64,000 nucleotides of DNA from Nitrososphaerota archaeon (GTDB lineage: Archaea; Thermoproteota; Nitrososphaeria_A; Caldarchaeales; Wolframiiraptoraceae): the NCBI GenBank assembly GCA_021159365.1, contig JAGGRY010000043.1:6418-70417 (forward strand), given 5' to 3'. Positions 18,541-27,068 of this stretch are shown here, piece by piece. The notes below the pieces were generated by a model that had not been told where the DNA came from, did no database searches, and saw only the letters and a program-made list of their open reading frames with translations. Position 1 is the stretch's first letter, and each line of letters starts with the position of its first letter. A program made the position numbers and the translations under genes.

Positions 18541-18755
18541 TTCCCCGCGTCGATAGCCTTAAATCCACCAAACATGAATCCCCCAAAGCACGGTGACCTC
18601 GTCGGGAAGCAGGTAATAGCTGTCGCAAATCTTCTGTCGAAGCAAATAGCGAACTTCATCTCCGAACGCCTCGTTTTAGGGGTTGTTTTGATGGAAATGA
18701 GGTAGTCCTAATAAGGCTTGATAGAAACGTTCCAAATGGCTCCCGAATAGCTTGA
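18541..18755 (+). pseudogene. truncated, frameshifted remnant of a tRNA-binding-domain gene (paralog of 2733..3062)
   Basis: Frame 1 reads ..GDLVGKQVIAVANLLSKQIANFISERLVLGVV and stops at 18703. The -1 frame continues DGNEVVLIRLDRNVPNGSRIA*. Together these equal the C-terminal half of a Trbp111-like domain. The N-terminal half is absent. Confidence 0.6.
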
Positions 18756-18794
18756 GTCAACACTTAAAGATCTTTTAAGCCTAAAAATCGGTGA

Positions 18795-19892
18795 ATGAAA
18801 TACATAGAGTTTAAACCGATCTGGTTTGATTCGCTTGGAGCGAAATCCGCCTGCATCCTAGTCAGAACACCTGATACCTCCATCTTGATCGATCCTGGAG
18901 TTGCTGTCATGCAACCAAGTTTTCCAGCTCCTGAGAAGATGAAGGTCGAATGGGCGAGAAGGGCTAGGAGGATGATTAAGCGTGCAAGCAAGGAGGCGGA
19001 GGTGATCGTGATCTCACATTATCACTATGATCACTTCACGGACTTCGATGAAAGAATTTATCAAGGGAAATTAATCCTCGCAAAAGATCCGAATGAATAC
19101 ATCAACGACTCCCAAAGAAGGAGAGCCGAAGAATTCTACGACCACCTCTCGACGAAATTCGGCGGGAAGAAATTAGAAGAACTTATGAAACCGAGGAAGG
19201 AGAAGACGTATCCAGATCCCATGGAGAATTTGCCGCTCGCCAAATCCAAGAGATATGGAGAATATGAGAAGAGAAAGAAAGAGTTGCTTAAACTGGGCGA
19301 GAAGTGGTTTAGGAAGAGAGTTGAGAAGTGGAATAAAATGCGGTTAATTCCAGAGATGAAATTCAAGAGATGTGAAGTTAGGTTCGCGGATGGAAAGAGC
19401 TTCAGATTTGGTGGAACAGAGATAAGATTCACAAAGCCACAGTTCCATGGAATAGAGTATGCAAGAGTTGGATGGGTCGTTTCAACCATGATAACCTATA
19501 AAGATGAGAAGCTAATCCACACCTCAGATCTCGAAGGACCCGTCATAGAAGACCAAGCTCAATGGATAATAGATGAGAATCCAGACATACTAATAGTCGA
19601 CGGCCCAAGCACTTACCTAATTCCATATATGCTCAATTTAATTAATTTGAGAAGAGCCGTGGAGAATATGTGCAGAATCGTGAATCAAGTTGACGCCGAA
19701 CTCATCATCTACGATCACCATCTACCCAGGGAGCCAAGATATAGGGAAAGAGTAAAGGAGGTCTATGATGTTGCTGAAAAGAAGAATAAGAGGGTTCTAA
19801 CTGCCGCAGAGTACATGAATAAGAAGCCAGCCGTCCTACTCTATACCAAACCTGAACATGCTAAAACTTTGAAAAAAAGAAGAATGATGTAG
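18795..19892 (+). CDS. MBL-fold metallo-hydrolase, UPF0282-like
   Basis: FDSLGAKSACILVRTPDTSILIDPGVA...VIVISHYHYDHF is a metallo-beta-lactamase motif arranged as in archaeal UPF0282 proteins. Confidence 0.7.
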   Translation: MKYIEFKPIWFDSLGAKSACILVRTPDTSILIDPGVAVMQPSFPAPEKMKVEWARRARRMIKRASKEAEVIVISHYHYDHFTDFDERIYQGKLILAKDPNEYINDSQRRRAEEFYDHLSTKFGGKKLEELMKPRKEKTYPDPMENLPLAKSKRYGEYEKRKKELLKLGEKWFRKRVEKWNKMRLIPEMKFKRCEVRFADGKSFRFGGTEIRFTKPQFHGIEYARVGWVVSTMITYKDEKLIHTSDLEGPVIEDQAQWIIDENPDILIVDGPSTYLIPYMLNLINLRRAVENMCRIVNQVDAELIIYDHHLPREPRYRERVKEVYDVAEKKNKRVLTAAEYMNKKPAVLLYTKPEHAKTLKKRRMM

Positions 19893-20008
19893 CCCGGCTG
19901 GGATTCGAACCCAGGTCCCCGGGTGTCTTCTCCGCGGCCAAGGATCCAAAGCCCGGGATCCGTGGCCCATTTTCTGACCAGCTTGTTTGGCCGCTAGACT
20001 ACCGGGCT
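19890..20008 (-). tRNA. tRNA-Gln (anticodon UUG) with two introns (25 nt at 21/22, 21 nt at 37/38); no encoded CCA
   Basis: Manual fold of the mature 72 nt: AGCCCGG UA GUCU AGCGGCCAA GGAU C CCGGG CUUUGGA CCCGG GGAC CUGGG UUCGAAU CCCAG CCGGGCU, plus discriminator A. It has the A1-U72 pair typical of archaeal tRNA-Gln. Intron 2 forms a perfect bulge-helix-bulge. Confidence 0.85.
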
Positions 20009-20056
20009 TCCATTGATATATGCTCTTCTGGATGTTTTTGTGTTTTCCGCTGAAGG

Positions 20057-20314
20057 TTGAAATCCAAGCTTACCTCTTTTTCGCTGGATTTGAGTAGATT
20101 GTATAAGATCGTCAGGTGCTCTAATTGCGGGAACCTTCAGATTACTTCGGCTAGGAAGAGGTTTAGATGTGTTAGATGTGGGGCTATTCAAGACATGAAC
20201 TCTGTTAAGCCGTTGTATGTTACCGAGGATTCGAGGAGGGCGAGGGAGATGCTGGCCGAGCTTAAAAGCCGCGGAAGGACTTCAGGGTTCAGGAAGCCCG
20301 CTGGTATGAAGTAG
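20057..20314 (+). CDS. small zinc-ribbon protein, DUF1922-like
   Basis: YKIVRCSNCGNLQITSARKRFRCVRCGAIQDMN matches the DUF1922 CxxC..CxxC pattern. The real start is probably the TTG at 20099 (MYKIVRC). Confidence 0.55.
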   Translation: MKSKLTSFSLDLSRLYKIVRCSNCGNLQITSARKRFRCVRCGAIQDMNSVKPLYVTEDSRRAREMLAELKSRGRTSGFRKPAGMK

Positions 20315-20388
20315 GGATAATTTAGGGATATAAATCCGCTATTAAGCCGGTTAATAGTTATAGGCTGAGAAAAACCAAATACCTTGAG

Positions 20389-21231
20389 ATGCTATTAGGT
20401 GCTCACGTCTCGATATCTGGATCCGTGGATAAGGCGGTAGACAGAGCTAAAGATCTCGGATGCACGACTTTCCAAATCTTCACGAGAAATCCCAGGGGAT
20501 GGACCGCTAAGCCGTTTAAGAAGGGTGAGGTTGAGGAGTTTAGGAGAAAACTTGAAGAATATGGGTTTAAGATCGCCGTCGCTCACATGCCCTATCTCCC
20601 GAACCTCGCAACGCCTGATAAAAGCGTGTATAAGAAGTCTGTGAAGTCCTTGATGGAAGAGCTTAAGCGAACTGAGAGGCTTGGACTTCCCTACCTTGTC
20701 TTACATGTTGGAAGCCATCTCGGAAAGGGAATCGAGGGAGGAATTAAGAGGGTTGCTGAAGGAATCAACACAGCCTTCTCAAAAGTGGATAATGATGTGA
20801 TGCTGTTGTTGGAGAATATGGCTGGCCAGAAGAATAGCGTTGGATCGAGATTTGAGGACATTAGGAGGATAATAGACCTGATCAACGACAAGAGTAGGAT
20901 TGGAGTATGCTTTGACACATGCCATGCGTTTGCCGCCGGCTATGACTTGAGGACCAAGAAGGCGATAGAAAATACCTTAGAGGACTTTGATAAGATAATA
21001 GGTTTGAAGAGGCTTAAGGTCGTCCACATAAACGATTCTAAAGGTGATTTGGGGAGCTGTATAGATAGACATGAACATCTCGGACTAGGTAAGATAGGGC
21101 TGAGAGGGCTGAGAGAATTTGTTCACCATCCAGCGATCAGACCTCTACCATTGATCTTGGAGACTCCGGTGGATTCCCGCGGGAACTTTAAGACGAATCT
21201 AGCAAAGCTTAAGAAGATCTATCAGACATAG
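20389..21231 (+). CDS. nfo: endonuclease IV (AP endonuclease family 2)
   Basis: LLGAHVSISGS...FQIFTRNPRGW...HMPYLPNLA...LVLHVGSH...LENMAGQKN...FDTCHAFAAGYD...HINDSK are Nfo metal-ligand motifs. Confidence 0.9.
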   Translation: MLLGAHVSISGSVDKAVDRAKDLGCTTFQIFTRNPRGWTAKPFKKGEVEEFRRKLEEYGFKIAVAHMPYLPNLATPDKSVYKKSVKSLMEELKRTERLGLPYLVLHVGSHLGKGIEGGIKRVAEGINTAFSKVDNDVMLLLENMAGQKNSVGSRFEDIRRIIDLINDKSRIGVCFDTCHAFAAGYDLRTKKAIENTLEDFDKIIGLKRLKVVHINDSKGDLGSCIDRHEHLGLGKIGLRGLREFVHHPAIRPLPLILETPVDSRGNFKTNLAKLKKIYQT

Positions 21232-21238
21232 GTTTAGG

Positions 21239-21673
21239 TTGAAGTCCATGGAACGTGTAATGAAGATCCTCCGCTGGATCAAGGGAAAATTTCTCACAAA
21301 GACGTTCTTGAAGTTCGCGGTAGTAGGTGGAAGCGGGATAATCGTGAATATGCTCGTCTTCCTCATCTTAACAAACTATACATCTATCCATCATCTAGTG
21401 GCGAGCGCCATCGCGACGGAGATAGCTATTTTGAATAATTTCACGTGGAATCATATCTGGACTTTTAGGAAGAGGGGTGAGATGAACATACTCATCAGGA
21501 TAGCAGCCTTTCACGGATCTAGGATCTTGGGATTGATCGTAACGGTCGCGGGACTCTACGTGTTATCAGATCTCTTAGGGCTCCCTATGAATCCATCCTA
21601 TCTCGTCGCGATAGGTTTAGGAGTTATAGTGAACTTCCTCACGAGCGATCTCTTCGTCTGGCCTGGATCCTAG
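21239..21673 (+). CDS. GtrA family membrane protein
   Basis: FLKFAVVGGSGIIVNMLVF and WNHIWTFRKRG motifs, four TM helices. Confidence 0.75.
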   Translation: MKSMERVMKILRWIKGKFLTKTFLKFAVVGGSGIIVNMLVFLILTNYTSIHHLVASAIATEIAILNNFTWNHIWTFRKRGEMNILIRIAAFHGSRILGLIVTVAGLYVLSDLLGLPMNPSYLVAIGLGVIVNFLTSDLFVWPGS

Positions 21674-22283
21674 ACTTGACCATATAGACCTTAACCCTGT
21701 CTAAGACTCCGGATCTATCGAGTGCTAGGAGTATCATGTATCCTAGGATTGATCCTGGAACTGAGCTTAAAGACCATCCAAACCAGAATATTGGGAGGAA
21801 TTCAAGGGCGCCTCTCTGCTCAAGGACTCCGAGGATTCTAACATCTCCTATTGCTGGGGCGAAGATGAAGACTGAGAAGGTTCCGCCGATCAATACCGTT
21901 CCAATCGGTTCCATTAAAGCCGCTGAGTATCTGAGAAACCTGTTCCTCGACCTAGACGTTATCATGTATGCGAGGCCTACTACTAATGCTCCTGGAATTC
22001 CCCCTGGAAATGCATAGAGGGTTCCGACTCCGAGCATATTCCTTATTATTCCTATTAGGAGGGCTGTGAGCATTCCCCACCATGGTCCAAGAAGGACTCC
22101 CGTTAACGCGTTTATGAGATGCTGGGTTGGATAAGCTTTGGTTGTGAGGAACTGGAACCAGGTTATGGGCGAGAGAACTACCCCTAGAGCCGTGAAAACC
22201 GTGAGAAGTGTTATCCTCCTTATCTGAAGCCCATTCAACCCAAGCTCTATGGACGAAATCTCCTTATAACCATGCATGTTCAA
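21639..22283 (-). CDS. thiW: ThiW-like thiazole-precursor transporter (ECF S-component type)
   Basis: YPTQHLINALTGVLLGPWWGMLTALLIGIIRNMLGVGTLYAFPGGIPGALVVGL resembles the ThiW core. It sits next to thiDN. The start is uncertain (TTG 22283, ATG 22277 or TTG 22238). Confidence 0.65.
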   Translation of the reverse strand: MNMHGYKEISSIELGLNGLQIRRITLLTVFTALGVVLSPITWFQFLTTKAYPTQHLINALTGVLLGPWWGMLTALLIGIIRNMLGVGTLYAFPGGIPGALVVGLAYMITSRSRNRFLRYSAALMEPIGTVLIGGTFSVFIFAPAIGDVRILGVLEQRGALEFLPIFWFGWSLSSVPGSILGYMILLALDRSGVLDRVKVYMVKSRIQARRRDRS

Positions 22284-22294
22284 GACTTGCTGGG

Positions 22295-22846
22295 ATGAGC
22301 GGTCTATTCGAGAGATTTATTGGAAGGAAGATAATCATCGTCGGAGAGATCGGATCTGGGAAAACCCTCCTATTGAGTAGATTCCTCGACCAATTGGTGA
22401 GAAGCGGGCTTAAGGATAAGGTCACGGTCATCGAGATGGCCCCGAACATGGGAGAAGTGGGTGGAACGATCGAGAACTATACGAGGAACGTCTCAAGCGT
22501 CAGATATCTTAAGCCCTGGAAGATAATCCCGCCTAGAATGATGGGGGAGAGCCGCGAGGAAGTACTCAAGTATGCGAGGTTGAATGTGCTAGCGTTGAAG
22601 CCCTTGATAGAGGAATATCTTAGGAATCCAACTGAAATCCTCCTCATAAACGATTTAACGATCTATCTCCACGCAGGGGATGTCGAGGACATAATCCAAC
22701 TCATCAATATCTCTAAGACCTTCACTGCCACCGCCTATGAAGGCAAGAGACTCGCGGATGATAAAGGCTCCGGGATCACAGATAGGGAGAGAGAATCCTT
22801 GAATAGGTTAAAGGGGCTTGTAGACGAAGTCCTGACGCTCGGCTAG
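22295..22846 (+). CDS. small P-loop NTPase/kinase of unknown function
   Basis: Walker [13 protein letters not shown] and Walker B-like [24 protein letters not shown] recalls the Clp1/Grc3-type P-loop arrangement. I chose the ATG at 22295. Confidence 0.55.
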   Translation: MSGLFERFIGRKIIIVGEIGSGKTLLLSRFLDQLVRSGLKDKVTVIEMAPNMGEVGGTIENYTRNVSSVRYLKPWKIIPPRMMGESREEVLKYARLNVLALKPLIEEYLRNPTEILLINDLTIYLHAGDVEDIIQLINISKTFTATAYEGKRLADDKGSGITDRERESLNRLKGLVDEVLTLG

Positions 22847-22872
22847 CTTTAGGTTTTTTACATGATTTCCTA

Positions 22873-24237
22873 ATGGAGATCTTGATGAGAATACCTAGAG
22901 CGTTAACTATAGCTGGATCGGATTCGGGAGGTGGAGCTGGAATCCAAGCGGATCTGAAGACCTTCGCGGCTCTCGGAGTTCATGGAATGAGCGCATTAAC
23001 CGCGATAACCGCTCAAAACACTCGTGAGGTAACCATGGTACATGATATTCCAATCGAGATGATTAAGGAGCAGATTAGAGTCGTGGTGGAGGATATTGGA
23101 GTTGACGCGGTTAAGACTGGAATGCTTCATACGAGCGAGATCATTGAAGCCGTGGCCTCGGAGCTTAGAAAGATAGATGCTCCTCTGGTTGTCGATCCAG
23201 TGATGGTTGCGAAGAGTGGAGCAAGGCTTCTAAGAGAAGATGCCGTTAAATCTCTGATCGAGGAACTGATCCCATTAGCTACCGTCTTAACCCCGAATGC
23301 AGGTGAAGCGGAAGCCTTAACAGGATTCAAGATTAAGAATCTAGAAGATCAGAAGCGGGCTGCGGAGAAGATCTCAGAGCTTGGTGTTAAGGCGGTGGTG
23401 GTTAAGGGCGGACACATCCCTGGAGAAAAAGTCATCGACGTCCTCTACTTCGATGGAGAGTTCAAGACTTATGAGTCGAGGAGAATTAAGAGCAAGAATA
23501 CTCATGGAACTGGATGCTGCTTCGCGTCAGCGATAGCCGCCGAACTCGCGAAGAATATTCCTATACCTGAAGCCGTTGAGGTCGCTAAGAGATTTGTTGA
23601 GGACGCGATCAGATATGGTTTTCCGGTTGGGGGAGGCCATGGCCCAATAAATCCCGTTGGAAGATTGATTGAAGACGCTGATAGATTCAGGGTTTTAGAT
23701 TCTATGAGAAGGGCCGTGAAGATCCTCGAATCTATGAACCTCTCCGAATATATTCCAGAATCTCAATCGAATCTCGTCATGGCGATCGAGGGAGCGGATG
23801 ATTTATCCGATGTCGCCGCGATACCGGGAAGAATCGTGAGAATCTATGATAGGGTTAAGGCCTCGGAAGCACCTTGGTTTGGAGCGTCGAGGCATGTGGC
23901 AAACGCCGTCTTAACGGCCATGAAATTTGATCCTAGAATTAGATCGGCGATAAATCTAAGATATGATGACAGGCTGATCGAGGCCGCGAAGAATCTTGGA
24001 TGGGTCGTAAGCTTTTATGATAGGAGAGAGGAACCTGAGGAGATTAAGAAGCTTGAGGGAAGAACCGTTCCATGGGGTATAGAGACCGCTGTGAAGAGAG
24101 CCGGTGGAAGAGTTCCAGACCTAGTCTATCATCTAGGAGATTGGGGGAAGGAGCCGATGGTCCTAGTCTTCGGTAGAGATTCCATGGATGTCGTGGAGAA
24201 GATTGAGAGATTGATCGCCGAATTATCGAGATTATGA
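22873..24237 (+). CDS. thiDN: bifunctional HMP/HMP-P kinase + thiamine-phosphate synthase (ThiD-ThiN fusion)
   Basis: N-terminal ThiD: [21 protein letters not shown]..., [17 protein letters not shown]. The C-terminal ~180 aa are a ThiN-type domain, as in archaeal ThiDN. Confidence 0.85.
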   Translation: MEILMRIPRALTIAGSDSGGGAGIQADLKTFAALGVHGMSALTAITAQNTREVTMVHDIPIEMIKEQIRVVVEDIGVDAVKTGMLHTSEIIEAVASELRKIDAPLVVDPVMVAKSGARLLREDAVKSLIEELIPLATVLTPNAGEAEALTGFKIKNLEDQKRAAEKISELGVKAVVVKGGHIPGEKVIDVLYFDGEFKTYESRRIKSKNTHGTGCCFASAIAAELAKNIPIPEAVEVAKRFVEDAIRYGFPVGGGHGPINPVGRLIEDADRFRVLDSMRRAVKILESMNLSEYIPESQSNLVMAIEGADDLSDVAAIPGRIVRIYDRVKASEAPWFGASRHVANAVLTAMKFDPRIRSAINLRYDDRLIEAAKNLGWVVSFYDRREEPEEIKKLEGRTVPWGIETAVKRAGGRVPDLVYHLGDWGKEPMVLVFGRDSMDVVEKIERLIAELSRL

Positions 24238-24319
24238 TCAGCGGTATTCCCACCTCATCATAGCTCAGAGGCGGATTCACATCATCCAAAGACTACTATC
24301 AATATGGAGATATTTGGGT

Positions 24320-25855
24320 TTAGCTTGGTAAGGCTTCTAGGGTTAAGCTATATTTCCTCGCTATCTTCAAGAGCTTGTTCTGAACCTTCCTGACATAGAC
24401 TCGATAGTAGCGGCCTGGAATATAGATTCTTATCAAATTTCCCTCTTCCTCGATCCTGAAGTCTGGAATATGTTTCTGAAGCGTGTTCATTATCTGCCTG
24501 ATCGGAGCTCTCGGCTTCTTCCTCTCTTCAAGCTTCTTTATTGGGACGACGAAGGTCCTCTCTCCGAAGACGTATAGCTCGTATAATGGTTCATCGGTTA
24601 AGAGATCCTTGACTATGACGGTTGGCCTCGCTAGATCCGCCTTCTTTAATCCAGCTGGAACTTTAACGGTCATCTCCAAGACATAGATGGATTGAATTTC
24701 ACCCTTATCCATGAAGATCACCGTGTCGATTATCGATGGAAGCAGTCCGACGTCAACCCTGTTTGCAACTCTTTGAATAGCATCTATCGGAGAGGTCGCG
24801 TGAATAACCCCGACCATTCCTATTCCGGCAAGTCTAAGATCTATGAAGAGATCGAAGTCGCTTGAATCCCTTATCTCATCAAAGATAGTGTAGTCGGGTC
24901 TACTCAAGAGGAGAACGTCGTGTAGCTCACTTTGCTTCGCGGCGGTCTTGGAGTATTGGGTTATGTCAGGTGAAACTCTTAGATCTCTTGGGCTCTCGAT
25001 GGTTTTAACGACCTTATTTAAGGAACGGTAGTATTCTGCTAAGGCTTGAGCAAAAGTCGATTTGCCCATTCCAGGAGGGCCTGCTATCAAGATTCCCTCA
25101 GCCCTATTCTCAAGTCTATCAACGACCTGTGGTGGAAGATAATAGTCTCTTAGATCTCTTCTTATGACGGGTTTAACGACGGTTAGCTCGAATCCATCTG
25201 AGAACGGCGGCCTCGTGATCACGACCCTATAATCCTTTAATTGGAAGATCTTAACCCCAGGCTTATCTATCTCTAGGAAGGCGTCCACTCCAAAGCTCTT
25301 ATAAGCCTCCCTCATTAGATGAGCTATCAATAATTCAAGTTCATGCCTTGAAACGGGCTTCTCAGATACCTCAACAAATCTCCATCTACCTGGAATTCCC
25401 CGCTTAACCCTCGGCGGAAGCCCCTCCTTGACGTGGATGCTCATAACGCCTTCCTCGAAGAGCTGGGCTATCGAGAATGGAGGTGGAGGAAGCTCGTAAA
25501 GAAGCCTTAAACCCGTTGACTCGGCGAGCTGAGCCATTACCGGATCGCATGTCAAGATCTTCGCATTTAGCCTCGCGGCTTCCTCAACTATCAATAATCT
25601 ATCACTTCTCTCCCTATCTCTCAGATCTCCGACGTAATCCAGCTTAACCTTCATCTCTTCACATGCCTCGACCAGGTCTCTAAGCCCATCCATGGCCATG
25701 GTATCTCCTTGAGATGCTTGATCCTCAATCTTCTTCAACAAAACCCTATGAATGAGAAACCTACCTCTCACTCGCCCTTCCCTAACGAGATGGGAAGCGG
25801 CCTTCAGCTGGATAGCCGATAGATCCGGTAGGATTATTTCCTCCATTCCCACCAC
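24320..25855 (-). CDS. PIN-domain + PilT-like ATPase + KH-domain protein (COG1855 type)
   Basis: Walker A IAGPPGMGKSTFAQALAEYY, an N-terminal PIN-like region, and a C-terminal KH-like segment. Confidence 0.7.
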   Translation of the reverse strand: MVGMEEIILPDLSAIQLKAASHLVREGRVRGRFLIHRVLLKKIEDQASQGDTMAMDGLRDLVEACEEMKVKLDYVGDLRDRERSDRLLIVEEAARLNAKILTCDPVMAQLAESTGLRLLYELPPPPFSIAQLFEEGVMSIHVKEGLPPRVKRGIPGRWRFVEVSEKPVSRHELELLIAHLMREAYKSFGVDAFLEIDKPGVKIFQLKDYRVVITRPPFSDGFELTVVKPVIRRDLRDYYLPPQVVDRLENRAEGILIAGPPGMGKSTFAQALAEYYRSLNKVVKTIESPRDLRVSPDITQYSKTAAKQSELHDVLLLSRPDYTIFDEIRDSSDFDLFIDLRLAGIGMVGVIHATSPIDAIQRVANRVDVGLLPSIIDTVIFMDKGEIQSIYVLEMTVKVPAGLKKADLARPTVIVKDLLTDEPLYELYVFGERTFVVPIKKLEERKKPRAPIRQIMNTLQKHIPDFRIEEEGNLIRIYIPGRYYRVYVRKVQNKLLKIARKYSLTLEALPS

Positions 25856-25953
25856 TCAACTTTCTCGCTTACGCCTCGGCAGCCGAATTAATAAACTATA
25901 ACTTATCATCCGGCTTCAACACGATCTCTAAATCCTAAGAAGTTCAGCAATCT

Positions 25954-27024
25954 TTGGAGAGTTTGGATAGAAGGATCAGGTGCCGGGCGGCGAGAGTTGA
26001 GAAAAATAGGGCTGAAGAGATCAGGAGAAGGCTTCTAAAAATCGGCGTCCTGAATCCAAGGTTGAAACCTTTCGAGGAAGATGGATTCATCTACTTTCCC
26101 TTAAAGGAGGAAGCAAGAATTAGTGACCTTCTCAGGGAGCTTAAGGCGTCTATAGTGGTCGCGGACTTCGAGGAGAGGATAAAGAGGCCTAAAAGCTTAG
26201 AGGAGATTCTCTCGAAGAAGCTTCCAAAAGAATTGCTTAATCTCCTTCCATCGTCCTATGATTTAATCGGGGACATAATCTTGGTGGAGATCCCTCCGGA
26301 GCTTAAGCCCTATGAGAAGATGGTGGCCGAGGGGCTGATGAAGCTCTATCCGAGCGTTAAAACAGTCTTATCGAAGGAAGGCGTAACCAAGGGAGCATAT
26401 AGATTAAGAGAGTATAGGGTTATCGCGGGCTTAAATAAATTCGAGACAATCCATCGAGAACATGGATGCATCTATCGAATAGATTTGAGGAGAGCATTCT
26501 TCAATCCTAGAATGTCTGGTGAGAGGATCAGGGTCGCGCGATTGGTCTCTGAGGGCGAGAAGGTTTTAGATATGTTCGCTGGAATAGGGTCGTTCTCGAT
26601 AATCATAGCGAAGAAGCAGCCCACCGCAACGATAATCGCGATAGAGTTGAATCCGGATGCTTATAGGCTCATGTTAGAGAACATTAGGTTGAATAAGGTC
26701 GAGGATAGGGTAAAGCCTATTCTAGGAGACTGCAGAGAAGTTCTCAAAGACATACATGAAAAATTCGATAGAATAATAATGGATCTTCCACATAGCTCGA
26801 TAGACTATCTCGATCTAGCATTAGAGAAGACGAAGCGAAACGGCATAATACATCTCTACTTGGTGGGCGGCGGAGAAGAACCGACTAAAGATGCATGTGA
26901 AAAAGCTTTGGAAAAAATTCAAGACCTAGGATTCCATGTAGATCTAGTCTATGCGAGGAGAGTCATGGAGATAGCTCCACGAAGATCCACCATAGTCTTA
27001 GATCTCAGAGTCAAAGATAGATGA
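25954..27024 (+). CDS. trm5: Trm5/Taw2-family tRNA methyltransferase (Met-10+ domain)
   Basis: FNPRMSGERIRVA, SAM motif VLDMFAGIGSFSI, and IMDLPHSS. TTG start. The motifs alone cannot separate Trm5 from Taw2. Confidence 0.75.
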   Translation: MESLDRRIRCRAARVEKNRAEEIRRRLLKIGVLNPRLKPFEEDGFIYFPLKEEARISDLLRELKASIVVADFEERIKRPKSLEEILSKKLPKELLNLLPSSYDLIGDIILVEIPPELKPYEKMVAEGLMKLYPSVKTVLSKEGVTKGAYRLREYRVIAGLNKFETIHREHGCIYRIDLRRAFFNPRMSGERIRVARLVSEGEKVLDMFAGIGSFSIIIAKKQPTATIIAIELNPDAYRLMLENIRLNKVEDRVKPILGDCREVLKDIHEKFDRIIMDLPHSSIDYLDLALEKTKRNGIIHLYLVGGGEEPTKDACEKALEKIQDLGFHVDLVYARRVMEIAPRRSTIVLDLRVKDR

Positions 27025-27068
27025 ATTAGCTTTTTATTTGATGCGATACACGGCTGAACGGGATCATT

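Noticed and set aside
20009-20056. I looked for a tRNA-Gln promoter. CATATATC sits only about 8-16 nt upstream of the mature 5' end.
   Set aside because: That is too close for a TATA box driving a transcript that starts at or before +1, and no better box is obvious at about -26. I left the promoter uncalled.
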